Made by a program: the position numbers and the translations under genes. The notes under the pieces are model-generated. The model was not told the origin of the DNA. It made no database searches and was given only the letters and a program-made list of their open reading frames with translations. A DNA stretch of 63,539 bases, filler included, from Thraustochytrium aureum (Eukaryota): the NCBI GenBank assembly GCA_012862495.1. It is 5 parts of 5 records of this genome, joined end to end, with 100 filler letters (N's around TTAATTAATTAA, not from the genome) between each part and the next. Parts side by side here need not be neighbours in the genome. Positions count along the whole stretch, not along the records: positions 1 to 17,778 come from BLSG01000319.1; positions 17,879 to 31,835 come from BLSG01000320.1; 3 more parts are not named here. One strand, written 5' to 3'. Below are positions 10,200 through 21,067 of the stretch, in pieces; within the stretch, counting starts at the first letter, position 1; each line of letters begins with the position of its first letter.

Positions 10200-10545
10200 A
10201 CAAAGGGATGGATTCACAAGCTCGACACGACCGGCAGCCACGTCAGCGGGACGACGATCACCATTGCGCGATGATTTCAACCACAGACGCGACTGGCAGC
10301 CACGCTACAACTACCATCTCGCGCGCGATGTTTCACCCACAAACCCAACCGGCAGCCACGCCTGCTGGACGGCAATTCCCACGCCAGCGCGCCTCCGACC
10401 AGCATCGCGCGCGGTGACTCATCCACAAACCGACAAACCCGAGGCGACCGGCAGGCGCGCCAGCGGGACAACGATCACCATCTCGCGCGGTGATTCATCC
10501 ACAAACCCAAACCCACGCCAGCTGGTCGACGACACAAACGCACAC
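10200..10545 (+). repeat. Imperfect tandem repeat (CCGGCAGCCACG...ACCATCTCGCGCG..TGA..CA.CCACAAACCC units)
   Basis: The blocks ggcagccacg, accatctcgcgcg and ccacaaacccaa each recur 2-4 times upstream of the dioxygenase. Confidence 0.55.
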
Positions 10546-10804
10546 GGTCCCGAGCCATCGTTGTCGTCAAACCTCCGCAAAAATCAGGGACTCGGTCAGG
10601 CTGAAACGATGGGAGGAATCGCCAAAACGCGCCCCCGCGTACGTGGCGCTGGTGCAGATCCCCTTCGCCACGAGCGCCTTCGCGCCCCACGGACGGCGTC
10701 GTTCAGGCAGCCACCCAGGCGTCCATTCGGTGGCCAGGCGGACTGCACAGCGTGCGCTTTGCGCGGCAGGCGGCTCGGAGTTGGGTGGCTTGGTCGAGGT
10801 TGGG

Positions 10805-12108
10805 ATGGCGCACTTTGCAGCCTGGAGACCCGCAGCGCTGCGGAATGTCGGGCTGACGAGGGCCGCGCAGAGGCGCGCGCTCGCTGGGATTGCGCAGAAG
10901 GCGCAGGGGAAGCGCGGTGTCGCGATTCGCAATGCGCGAACGGAGGCGGGCGCGGTCCAGGTGGCCTGGGACGACGGACACGAGTCCGCGTTCCTGCCCG
11001 TGTGGCTCCAGGACCACAACCCGGCGACAATCCACCCGACGTCCGCGCAGAGGCAGCTTGACAGTGCCAGCGTCGACCTGGACGCGCCGGTGCCAGGCCA
11101 GGTTGCGGTGGAGGAGGATGGCGCAAAGCTGCGGCTGCGATGGGAGGGTAGCGCCGACGACATCGTTTTCGACTCGGTGTGGCTGCGCGAGCACTGCTAC
11201 GACGACAAGGCGCGGCGCGAGCGCGCTCTGGCGGTAGCAGGGACGCGCACGCTCTGGAGTAGCGCAGAGCTGCCGAAGGAAAAGGTCCACCGCTTGACGG
11301 CTGCCGAACTGCAGTCCAGCGACGAGGCCCTGGCGGCATGCCTCGCTGCGCTCCTTGACACTGGGGTCGCGATCGTCACAGGAATGCCCAGCACGATTGA
11401 GGAGACGGAGGTGGTGGTCCGCCGCATCGGGCCCCCGCGTGCAACGTTTTACGGGGCCATGTGGGACACGGCTCCCAAAGCCGAGCAGGAAATAAACGAC
11501 ACGGCCTACACAAAGGACGGGCTGCACCCCCACACGGACACGTCCTACCTGATCGACTCGGCGGCCTGCAGCTGTTCAACTGCGTGGCGCAGAGCGAGTC
11601 CAGCTCGGGGCTCAACCACGAGGGCGAACCAGAAGGGGCCACCAAGCTCGTTGACGGTTACCGCGTCCTGCACGACCTGCGTGCCAACGACCCGGACGCC
11701 TTCCAGTTTTTTGTCGAGACCCCGCTCAAGTGGCATTGCATTGAGAAAGGCGTGTTTGTCCGGACGTGGGAGCCAGTGATCTCCTTTGACCCCGCCACGG
11801 AGACGGTTCGCCAGTTCCGCTACAACTCGTACGACCTCTCGCCCGTGGACTATTTGCCAGCTGACAAGATGCACGACTACTACCGCCATACGCGCACGCT
11901 CAACGCGTACTTGCGCAGCCCGGAGTACATCTCGTACATGCGCATGAACGTTGGTGAGATGGTTATCATCGACAACCACCGCGTCTTCCATGGCCGCACT
12001 GCCTTCTCGGGCTTTCGCAACATGGTTGGCTGCTACATTGGCCGCGACGACTGGCTTAGCACCTACCGCTCCGTTTCTGGCGTCACCGACCTTATCAACG
12101 ATGTTTAG
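10805..12108 (+). CDS. TMLHE: Trimethyllysine dioxygenase (TauD/BBOX family, carnitine synthesis); 1-bp frameshift near 11560
   Basis: Mitochondrial-like presequence; WLQDHNP and WLREHCY N-domain; DTAYT..LHPHTDTSY (HxD); GLQLFNC; LVDG; FRYNSYD; DNHRVFHGRTAFSGFRNMVGCY. ORFs 10490..11779 and 11461..12108 join at DS-AGLQ. Confidence 0.85.
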
Positions 12109-12744
12109 CGCGCAGGCCCACTCGGCCAGCTCCAGCAAGCGCTCTTTGGAGCCAGGCCTGGTCTGTCGCGAAGATGCACGCGCCATTTTGAGCTCAACGA
12201 AATCCCAAAGCCCACCTTCTGGAGCCAGTTCGCACGCCTAGCTGTCCAATGGGCGGCGCCTGCCGGCCCTGAGCGCGGGCCGCGAGCTGGTCGACCTTGT
12301 CTCTCTAGCTAGAGCTAGCTCTCTCTAGAGCTAGTAGAGAGAGTTGGAAGGGGAGCTATTCCTGCCACGACCAGCCTGCAGGCGTCGTCAGGCGTGCCGC
12401 CCGCGCAGAAGAGCACCAAGCTGAGCTGCTCGTTCGACCTCCAAACCCTCTTGCCGCGACTCATTCCCACGCACAGGGCCACCGTCGAGCCTCCAGCTGC
12501 TGCGACCGGGCTCGCCCGAATGCCGTCGTCAGCCTCGATTTTTCAGCGGGTTGCCCGTCCNNNNNNNNNNNNNNNNNNNNNNNNNNNNNNNNNNNNNNNN
12601 NNNNNNNNNNNNNNNNNNNNNNNNNNNNNNNNNNNNNNNNNNNNNNNNNNNNNNNNNNNNNNNNNNNNNNNNNNNNNNNNNNNNNNNNNNNNNNNNNNNN
12701 NNNNNNNNNNNNNNNNNNNNNNNNNNNNNNNNNNNNNNNNNNNA

Positions 12745-13593
12745 AGCCGTACCTTGCGCTAGTCACGGGGTTGCACGGTGATGCCACTCTGACTGTGCAG
12801 CGAGACGGCGAGATGGAGTACGAGCGGGTCGCGGCCAAAACGGTCCGCCGAGCCAGGCCCGACTGCCACGAGGTTGAGCTTGTCTGCCTCGGGATCGTGC
12901 GAGAGCAGCTCGCGCTGCAGCGAGCCGGCCGCGCCTGCAAGCTGCTCACGGAGCGGTGCAAGGCCGAGCCATCGGCGGCGCGCAAGGCGAAGCGGGCACG
13001 CCTTGGTGCTGCTGCCGACGGCGGCCTAGACGCGCTCGAGCCGGCCGAACCAAGGGCGCCCAGCTCGCGCAACGTCCCGCACGTCCAAAGCCGCGAGGAG
13101 CAAGGGCAACAGGGCTCTGACGCCGAGGCGCACAGCGATCGAGAGGGCGAAAACGGTGTGCTCGACTGGGCACCAACCCATTCCCCCAGAGCCGGCTGCC
13201 AAGCGCCGTCGAGCCGAGAAAGGCGCTCGCGCCGAGGGAGCGGCGCCGACGCCGCAGAAACGAGCCTCTCTGCACAAACCGAGCCCCATCGCAAACCAGG
13301 GTATGCGCGAGGCTCGCGCAGAGCTGTTTTCACGGCTGATCCTCCAGACTTTTCGAGACGAGAACAGCAGTTCAGGACTTTGGGCGAATATCCTCACGAG
13401 CGTTAACGCTGCGATGCCCGCTGGCCGGCGCGCGTTTGCTAGCGCAGAGTTCGCCGACTGTATTGGCATCTTGCGGGCGGAGGGAAAGATCAAGGTAACC
13501 GGCAAGATCGTCCGGCTTGGGCCGTCCGCGGCCTGGGTCAAGCCAGGCTCGCCATCGAAACCGCATCTCCATGAAGCCAAACTAGACCAATAA
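12745..13593 (+). CDS. Partial hypothetical protein with a C-terminal winged-helix resembling the MCM3 C-terminus; probable frameshift, 5' end in gap
   Basis: RAELFSRLILQTFRDENSSSGLWANILTSVNAAM...FASAEFADCIGILRAEGKIKVTGKIVRL resembles the MCM3 C-terminal WH; NLS-like PAAKRRR. Confidence 0.4.
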
Positions 13594-13696
13594 CGCGCTC
13601 GTCCAACCAACCCGCCAACACGACCAACAAACCAACTCGACCAACCCTTCTCGTGCGCCCCTCGACTTGCCCAGCACCTCCCCGCCGACCTCGTCG

Positions 13697-13752
13697 CCAG
13701 CGAGCCAGCCAGCGAGCCAGCCAGCCAGCCAGCCAGCCAGCGAGCCGACCAG
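13697..13752 (+). repeat. (GCCA)n microsatellite
   Basis: gccagcgagccagccagcgagccagccagccagccagccagccag. Confidence 0.8.
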
Positions 13753-13952
13753 CCGGCACCCAAGCGCCACGGCCTCCTGGCGCCTGCGGCGCTCGGGGTC
13801 TGTCGACTCGCGCGCGCTCCAGGATGGACGGCTGGATGGCTGGATGGCGGGGTGAGCGAGTGTCCTGGCAGTCCCAGAACGAAGCCAGGTCCCGGGAGCC
13901 CCACAGGTCCCGGGAGCAATAGAGCAATAATACCTACGCCGCGCGGAGCAGC

Positions 13953-14939
13953 ATGGGCAGCGTGTCGCGCAAGATAGACCGGGCCGTGGAAGGCGCTCAG
14001 CGCGCGGACGACGCGTACTCGAAACGCGAGTTCGAAGCGGCTGCGACGCTGTTCGCGGCGAGCGCCAAGGCGCTGCGGGAGGTGCTGGCGGACGCCGCGG
14101 TCAAGGATGAACGGAGCAGATCGCTCCTGGAGTCGAAGAGGCTGGAGTTTGAGCGGATGGCTCGGGATGCGCATGGCAAGGCCATGCAGGCGAGGGAGAA
14201 GGACCTCGCCGAAAGGTTCCTGCGCCTCAAGGGCGTCGACCCGGTTGTCAAATCGCGCGAGCAAGTGCGAGCTGAGCAGATGGACCTTGAAGCGAGGTTC
14301 AACGCGCTGCTCGGCAGTCCCAAGGAGGTCGCCGCTGCCGAGGCGGACCTGCAGGCTCGGCTAGCGAAGCTAGGGCCCGCGCCAGAGCCAGCGCCGAGTC
14401 GCCCCCCGCAAGACCCGAAAGTCGCCGCCGCGCTCCAGGCGGCGGCGGCTGCTGGCGCTGCTGGGGACGAGGGGCTAGCGGCGGACGCCGAGCTTGACCC
14501 AGATCTCGCCATGCTGCTGAGGAGCCTGGACGCGGGCAACACGAGCGACGAGGCGATGCGCAAACTCCTCGGGGACCACGGCATGTTTGGAGAGGGCGCC
14601 GGCGAGGGCGCTGGCGCGCAGAGCGACGAGGTTGCCCAAATCATTCAACAGGCGAAGGATTACGCCCAGTTTTCCGCCTCCGGCCCCGCTGGCGCTGCGG
14701 AAGATAGTGTGGGCTCCGACGCCAAGGCCAAGCGTGCCTCCAAGGCAAACAAAGCGAAAGCCAGTCTTGATGAGGCCGAAAGTGACGACTCTTCTGATGC
14801 GGATCTCTCGGAGGACAGCGAGGAAGATAGCGAAGATGCGGACAGCGAGGACGAAGCGTTGCGAAAGGCTAAATCGGCGAAGAAGGCCAAGGCAGCGAAC
14901 AAGCCATCAAAGCGCTCAAGTCGCTGGCGCTTGTTCTAG
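13953..14939 (+). CDS. MIT-domain protein with repeated MIM1-like motifs (ESCRT-III/VPS4-associated, ANCHR-like)
   Basis: N-terminal three-helix MIT-like segment (AVEGAQRADDAYSKREFEAAATLFAASAKALREVL...RSLLESKRLEFERMA), then DLAERFLRLKG, DLEARFNALLG, DLQARLAKLG, and an acidic/basic tail. Confidence 0.65.
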   Translation: MGSVSRKIDRAVEGAQRADDAYSKREFEAAATLFAASAKALREVLADAAVKDERSRSLLESKRLEFERMARDAHGKAMQAREKDLAERFLRLKGVDPVVKSREQVRAEQMDLEARFNALLGSPKEVAAAEADLQARLAKLGPAPEPAPSRPPQDPKVAAALQAAAAAGAAGDEGLAADAELDPDLAMLLRSLDAGNTSDEAMRKLLGDHGMFGEGAGEGAGAQSDEVAQIIQQAKDYAQFSASGPAGAAEDSVGSDAKAKRASKANKAKASLDEAESDDSSDADLSEDSEEDSEDADSEDEALRKAKSAKKAKAANKPSKRSSRWRLF

Positions 14940-15665
14940 CTAGCGAACCTCGAGTAGAGTAGAGCTAGCTGGAGAGAGAGAGTTCGAAAGGCTTGGCTAG
15001 AGGCGCTTGCGTTTTGCGCCGTGAACGAATCGCCGAGCGTGGGAGTCGTTCAAGCTCAGGCAGCGCGCTGTTTCGATATAATTGAAAAAGACCTTTCAAT
15101 TGAGTTCGCGCAGTAGCGTTGCCGCGCCTCTAGCTTCACGCCTGGGCTTTGTATTGCGCTCCCTGCGGAGTTGCGAATGCGACGTGGCTCATTCGCTCTG
15201 AACGAGCACCACGGAGGCAGTCCACAATGACCGAGTTGAACAAGTATCCTCGATTCGCCCGTTCCCACCGCCTCTGCCTCTCCCGTCCGCCGCTGCCAGG
15301 TCGAAAAGTGGCGCCGCGCCTTGGGCAGGGCCGATGATCTTCGACCGTGCAAAAGATGAAGCCCTTGTTTTGGATAGATCCGTTTCGTTTCTGTGCCAAC
15401 CGCTCAGGGGCAGACCATCATCATCGTCGTCGTCGTCGTCGTCAACAGCAAGCACAGGCCGACGCTTGGCCCTGCGGCAGCTCTTGCTAAGACTGCAAGT
15501 TGGCGACGAGCCTGGCTTTGCCTCGGCTGTGAGGTCGCTTGTCGAGGTTCGAGTGCGCGACGACTCCTTGGCGGCCTGCAGATCGTGGACGTACAAGTGC
15601 TCGCGAGCACCTGGCATTGCAAGTGCTGCTGCTTCCCGTGAGCGTCGCTTCTAGACAAGTGCATC

Positions 15666-17089
15666 ATGATGATGGCGCTTGAACGCGAGCGGGGCGGCGA
15701 GGCCAGCCGGGCTGGATTTGGGGGAAAGAAAGCAGCCAGAANNNNNNNNNNNNNNNNNNNNNNNNNNNNNNNNNNNNNNNNNNNNNNNNNNNNNNNNNNN
15801 NNNNNNNNNNNNNNNNNNNNNNNNNNNNNNNNNNNNNNNNNNNNNNNNNNNNNNNNNNNNNGTGGGGATTTGGACGCCGCAGTCGACGCTTTTGCCACAG
15901 GCACGATGCCGCACGGCAGCGTGGATTTATGGCTCAAGGCGTTCTGTTGGGCCCTGCCAGACCGCGCAACGCGCGGGGCTTTCGGCGCCCTGAGCAGCTC
16001 GCCCCTTGGCGGTCCGCTGGAAAGCCACATTGCTCGCGCCACTCGAGCGACAGTGGAGCTGTTCCGTGCGCATAAAAAGGCGCGGCAAGGGGCTGCTGCG
16101 GCGGCTGCCGACGCCAAGGCCAAGCGGCGCGTCAAGCAGCTTGAACGGGTCCTCCACGCGCATTTTGCGAGTTGCGAGGGCGCTGTGCGGCAACCTAGCG
16201 CTGCGGATCTGGATGACATGGCTCTCCTGGGGCACCAGCTGTTGGACGCCTTTAAGGGAAGCGAGGTCAACGCGTTCGCCTTTCTGCACGGCATCTTCCA
16301 AGAGCTTTTGCCCGCGGTTAGCGCACAGGAGACGCTTATGGACAAGGCGCTCGGCGAAAGATTTCCGGAGGCCGCAATGCTGTGCGCGGACGCCGGCCTC
16401 CCAGCTGGCGCACTCGTGGTTGAGTGGGCTGTGACGCTCTTTAGCACGTTGGGACTGCCGAAGAAGACTGCCATGGCGACATGGGACCTCCTCTTCCTGT
16501 TCGGCGCCGCTGGCGCGGGCACTGTCGCTATCGCGCTGTTTGAACTGATTGCTCCTTCGTTTGCGAACTGCGGGACGAGGTGGAGGCCGCAGACCCGGCG
16601 CAGGTGGCCCGCGCCGTCAAGACAGCCCTCAAGGGTGTCCAGGTCGAGCAAGTTATGGCAGCCTGCGCCGAGGCTCTGGCGCGGTCTGGGGCCCGCAATG
16701 CGTTGCTAGCGCTTGCTTCGACCCACGCCAAACGTGTAGTGACCGTGACGCCAGAGCTAGGCACGACGAGTGGGGCTTGCGAGGACGACTCGCGCTCCGA
16801 AGACGCGCAACGGCCAGTCTTGCTCCGGCCTCGGCCTGCGGAGCCGGCCCCTGCCCACAAAGCTGCAGGAGCATCAGCCTACGCGGCCGAGTGGGACGCA
16901 CTTCGCGAGCCTGCTGTGCTGCAACCGGATGCAAATGCGGCCCACAACTGGCTCATGGTTGTGCCTGGCGAGGGTCAACCATCATACTTTTGCTTTGTGG
17001 ACGGGACAACCTGGCAGTGGGAGCCACCCGCGTGTGGGTTTGTGACACCGCGCGGGGCGCTGAGAGTGCCGCGGCGCGCACTCGCCTAG
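15666..17089 (+). CDS. Degenerate TBC (RabGAP)-like domain with a C-terminal WW domain; spans a gap, frameshift near 16575
   Basis: VVEWAVTLFSTLGLPKKTAMATWDLLFLFG...VAIALF is the TBC C-lobe pattern. NWLMVVPGEGQPSYFCFVDGTTWQWEPP is WW-like. Confidence 0.6.
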
Positions 17090-17822
17090 AGCAGTTTCCC
17101 CATGTAATATCCCAAGGGTTTTCTGCGTTTCGTGATGCATGTCACTGGTGGTTGGTTGGGGCTCGCTCGCCAGAGGCTCGTGCCTTTGCTTGCTTGGCGA
17201 CGACGTTGCCGGTGCCCTCCGCAAGGGTCACCAACAAGTTGAGCAAAGAACGTCTGCAATTCTTGCGTCGATCTGGGTACTCTCCAACGTGCAGCCGCGG
17301 CAGTGGCGCAGCCAGGCGACCCAGTTGGCGCTACCCAAGGTTTGTCGGCGCCGGCTCGTTGAAGCCTCGAACAAGTTGTTTTCGCGTCGCATTTGAGCAG
17401 CCACGATGAGATGAGCAGCTCGCCACGTGCAAAGCCTTCGGAATCGATGTTGCGCGGCGCATTCTTGCACCAAGTTGGAGTCTAACTCAAGAGCGTACCC
17501 CGCGCCCAAGCGAAACCTGCCAGTCCTCGATGAGATTAAAAAAGCCTTCAGCAATTCGTGGGCCAGCCCGTGGAGTAGGCTGGGCTCCACACCACGTCAC
17601 AAATCATCAGTGTCGCCGTGCTCGTTGTGACTATGACAGCACGAAGGCTCTGCCGCGACAGCAATCGGCAAAGGAAAACGCCAAGCAATCCCCGAACGAA
17701 GTGCAGGATCGGGAAGAGCGGGCAGACGAAGAGCTGAACCTGCTGAGCGGCTGGAGGAGTGACACCCAGCTGCTCGTANNNNNNNNNNNNNNNNNNNNNN
17801 NNNNNNNNNNNNNNNNNNNNNN

Positions 17823-17834
17823 TTAATTAATTAA
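17823..17834. other. Artificial contig-join linker TTAATTAATTAA within Ns (also at 31880-31891, 55635-55646, 57002-57013)
   Basis: Identical 12-mer with stops in all six frames, flanked by about 45 N on each side, four times in the window. Confidence 0.95.
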
Positions 17835-18266
17835 NNNNNNNNNNNNNNNNNNNNNNNNNNNNNNNNNNNNNNNNNNNNCCTCTGCCAAGTGCAGAATTGA
17901 ACGCTGCTGGCCTAGCGGATGACTGGGAGCGAGCGGCGTTCGGGTTTTTGACGCGAGTCTTGGATGATTCGCCCCTGCGCCCGCTGGCATTTGCGCGAGT
18001 GCCATACCTCTCCGCTGGGGACTTGACTCGCCCGCTCGTTGTTTACGACGACATCGTCGTGGTATGCGCTCTGCGGAGCTCCGTGGGCGCCTAGCTTGGA
18101 CAGGCACGTGGACAGCGAGAGCGCTTTCAAGGGCAACGCCAAGCAGTCGCTTGCAAGGTCCAAGATCAGTGCGCCATCAACTGGTCCTGCTTGTGGTTGT
18201 CCTCGATCAATCAACCTATCTATCAACCAAAATCAAGACCAAGGAAATCCTACTACCTTCTACTGC

Positions 18267-19280
18267 TTACAGGTCGAAGGCTCCAACGGCGGCTTCGGAA
18301 ACCTTCCAGAGAAGGTCGTGCTGAGCGGGGTCGTTCTCTGTCTTGGTTGGCTTGATCAGTATGGGAGCGCCAGCTGTTGCGGTCGGCTTGGCGCCCGGCC
18401 CGTAAAAGTCGCCGTTTCCGACGCCAGGAACCGCCATGCAGTAGATGAGTCCTGCGGCGCCGTCCTCTTGGCTCTGGGAGAACTTCATTATGAATGTGCT
18501 CAACATCCCGTTTGACATGCCGCCGGACTGCGCAGTTGTGGACTGGAGGTTCGTTGCACTGAGCCCGGGGTGGGCTACCAGCGACTTGATTTTCGATTCT
18601 GCTCCGAGCTTGTCGCGCAATGCGAATGCGAAAACGGCGTTGGCGAGCTTGGACTGGTGGTAGCGGGCCCAGCGCGGGCCGGTCATGACGCTGTTTTGGA
18701 ATGTGAACCCATCGCCGCCGAGGTCGCCGGCGTTTTTGGCAAAATACTTTGCATTCAGCGGCTGCCCGAAGCGCGCTATCGACGAGTGTTGCACTACGCG
18801 CGCCTCGCCGTTCTTTTCGCTGGCCGCCTTGAGGCAGGGATAGAGCTCCTTGGTGAGCAAGAACCCTGCGAGGTGGTTTACTTGCAGTTGCACGTCGAAG
18901 CCGTCCTTGGTATCTTCTCGCGGGAGAGCCATGATACCAGCGTTGTTGGCAAGAACGTCAACGGCGGGGTATCGCTCGCGTACGGTGGTGGCGGCAGCGC
19001 GCACGCTATCGAGCGACATTAGGTCGCACTCGATCCAGTCGACGGTGGCTTCGGGCGCCTGTTTCTTGAGGTCTTGGAGCGACTCTTCAGCGCGCTTGGA
19101 CGCGCGGTTGAGCACGACAACGGTGGCCCCTTTCTTGGCCATCTCCAGCGCGGCGACGTAACCAGTGCCGCTAGTGGTGCCTGTGATCACCATCACTTTG
19201 CCTTCTTGGCTCGGGACCATGTCGAGCACCGCGGGGAGGTGCTTGGTCGCGACGGTGGGCTTGGCGTATCCAGACCCCAT
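18267..19280 (-). CDS. Short-chain dehydrogenase/reductase (retinol-DH/WWOX-like)
   Basis: VITGTTSGTG, NNAGIM, VNHLAGFLLT, YHQSKLAN, AHPGLSATNLQ. Confidence 0.92.
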   Translation of the reverse strand: MGSGYAKPTVATKHLPAVLDMVPSQEGKVMVITGTTSGTGYVAALEMAKKGATVVVLNRASKRAEESLQDLKKQAPEATVDWIECDLMSLDSVRAAATTVRERYPAVDVLANNAGIMALPREDTKDGFDVQLQVNHLAGFLLTKELYPCLKAASEKNGEARVVQHSSIARFGQPLNAKYFAKNAGDLGGDGFTFQNSVMTGPRWARYHQSKLANAVFAFALRDKLGAESKIKSLVAHPGLSATNLQSTTAQSGGMSNGMLSTFIMKFSQSQEDGAAGLIYCMAVPGVGNGDFYGPGAKPTATAGAPILIKPTKTENDPAQHDLLWKVSEAAVGAFDL

Positions 19281-19902
19281 CTTGCTTCCACCGGCTGTGA
19301 CGCTTTCGTTTCGGCTGGCAGCTTTTCGTCCGGGTTCGCGCAGAGTTTTGTAAACGGGATGCTTTCGTTCAGGTTTTGGTCTCGCTCTGGAGCGCGCACA
19401 GGTTGTAGGGTACCTCGCTCAACGTCCAAAGTGCATTTCTCCTCGACTTGTCGTCCAAACGCACTTCGAGAAGAAGCGCCGACCCAGAGGGTCGCAAATC
19501 TCTGGGACACTGTGATGATGATGATGACTCGGCCGAACTTGAAAAAACGAGATTCCGAGTCTTCCGACCCAAGGTGTCGTCGAAGTGGCATGGCAGTGAC
19601 GGCACACACCCCACCTCATCTCTGACTCGGAGGTCAGAACAGTCGCGTCGACCCAAGGTGTCGCGCGGTCGAAACCGCAGTGGCTCCACGGAGCTCGAAA
19701 GGTTCCAGGCCAGCCTCTGAGGTCAGGCTGGTCCAAATTGGATGGGCAGGAGAGCGAGCCGGTAGGTACCCTCGCTTTGGCCAAACCAACACGCAACGGA
19801 GCGACTCGAACGATTCGCCGGCGCGCGCGCAGCGCAGCAAGGAAGACTCGTCAGCGCCTTGCGAGGTGCTTCCCAGCAGGGATCCTCCGTGCGAGCATTG
19901 CC

Positions 19903-19958
19903 GCAAGCCTTGGCATTGACGCAAGCCTTGGCATTGACGCAAGCATTGGCATTGACGC
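19903..19958 (+). repeat. 18-bp tandem repeat x3 (GCAAGCCTTGGCATTGAC)
   Basis: Three near-identical copies between the two divergent SDR genes. Confidence 0.85.
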
Positions 19959-20053
19959 GAGTGCTAGCTGCAACACACCAAAACCGAAATCGTCGCTTTT
20001 CTTCGTTGAACATCACCAGTGACTTGCAGCCACGAGAGCTCTTGTTTGCAACC

Positions 20054-21067
20054 ATGCCAGCCGAGTACCGAGCGCCGGCGATTAAAGACCGCGTCTTCCC
20101 AAAGGTCCTCGCCAAGCTCCCAGAAAGCCTTGACGGGCAGGTCATCGCAATCACTGGCACCACAAGCGGGACCGGGTATGTGGCCGCTCGGGTCTGTGCC
20201 GAGCGCGGGGCGCAGGTCGTGATGCTCAACCGCGCGTCGCAGCGCGCCGAAGACGCGCTGAAGCAGCTTGAAGCGGAGGTGCCGGAAGGCAAGTTCACTT
20301 GGGTAGCGTGCGACTTGCAAGACTTTGGCTCGGTGCGCGCTGCCGCCGAGGAGGTCGCGAAGACGTTCGGGCACTTGGACGTACTGGCTTGCAACGCCGG
20401 GGTGATGGCACTAGCCGACGTCGTGACAGCCGACGGGTACGACGTGCAGATGCAGACCAACGTGCTGAGCCACTTCCTCCTCGTAAAGCAACTCATGCCC
20501 TTGCTCGAGGCTGGCGCCAAACTGCACGGCGTTTCCAAGGTGGTTAACCACACCAGCGTGGCGCGCTTCGGAAGCAAAATCCAGGCCAAGTTTTTCGAAA
20601 AGCACGAGAACGGCAGGCTTGGCGGGGACTCTTCGTTCCTCCCGCTCTCTGGCCCGCGCTGGAAGCGGTACCAGCAGAGCAAGCTCGGGTCGGCCCTGCT
20701 CGCAGCGGCGCTCAAGGACAAGTTCGATCAAGCCGAGAGTGGGGTGATCAGCCTGCTCGCGCACCCGGGCGTCGCCGCCACCAACCTTCAAGTGACAACC
20801 AACAAGGACGGTGGCATGGGGACCATGATTACTCGCTGGATTGCCAAGATGAGCCAGTCTTGCAACGATGGCGCGTCACCCCTGATTCGCGCCATCGCTG
20901 GGGCGAGCTGTTCAAACGGTGACTTTTACGGGCCTGGCCAGGGCATGGCAGCGTTCCGCGGTATGCCGAAGAAGCTCAAGATGGAGAAGAAGCTCTTCGA
21001 CAACGACAAGTCCAAGGCGCTATTCTGGGCGAAATGCGAGGAGGCATGTGGCCAGTTCCGTATTTGA
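20054..21067 (+). CDS. Short-chain dehydrogenase/reductase, paralogue of 18267..19280
   Basis: AITGTTSGTG, CNAGVMA, TNVLSHFLL, YQQSKLG, AHPGVAATNLQ; ATG at 20054. Confidence 0.92.
   Translation: MPAEYRAPAIKDRVFPKVLAKLPESLDGQVIAITGTTSGTGYVAARVCAERGAQVVMLNRASQRAEDALKQLEAEVPEGKFTWVACDLQDFGSVRAAAEEVAKTFGHLDVLACNAGVMALADVVTADGYDVQMQTNVLSHFLLVKQLMPLLEAGAKLHGVSKVVNHTSVARFGSKIQAKFFEKHENGRLGGDSSFLPLSGPRWKRYQQSKLGSALLAAALKDKFDQAESGVISLLAHPGVAATNLQVTTNKDGGMGTMITRWIAKMSQSCNDGASPLIRAIAGASCSNGDFYGPGQGMAAFRGMPKKLKMEKKLFDNDKSKALFWAKCEEACGQFRI

Noticed and set aside
11550..11570. Programmed ribosomal frameshift in TMLH
   Set aside because: No slippery heptamer is present, and similar indels occur in many unrelated genes in this draft.
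17823..17834. TTAATTAATTAA palindrome as a biological site (e.g. piggyBac TTAA target)
   Set aside because: It is always embedded in Ns at four places, so it is an assembly linker.
17879..18094. Short ORF fragment at a contig start (WERAAFGFLTRVLDD...)
   Set aside because: It may be the 3' end of a gene, but it is too short to assign.
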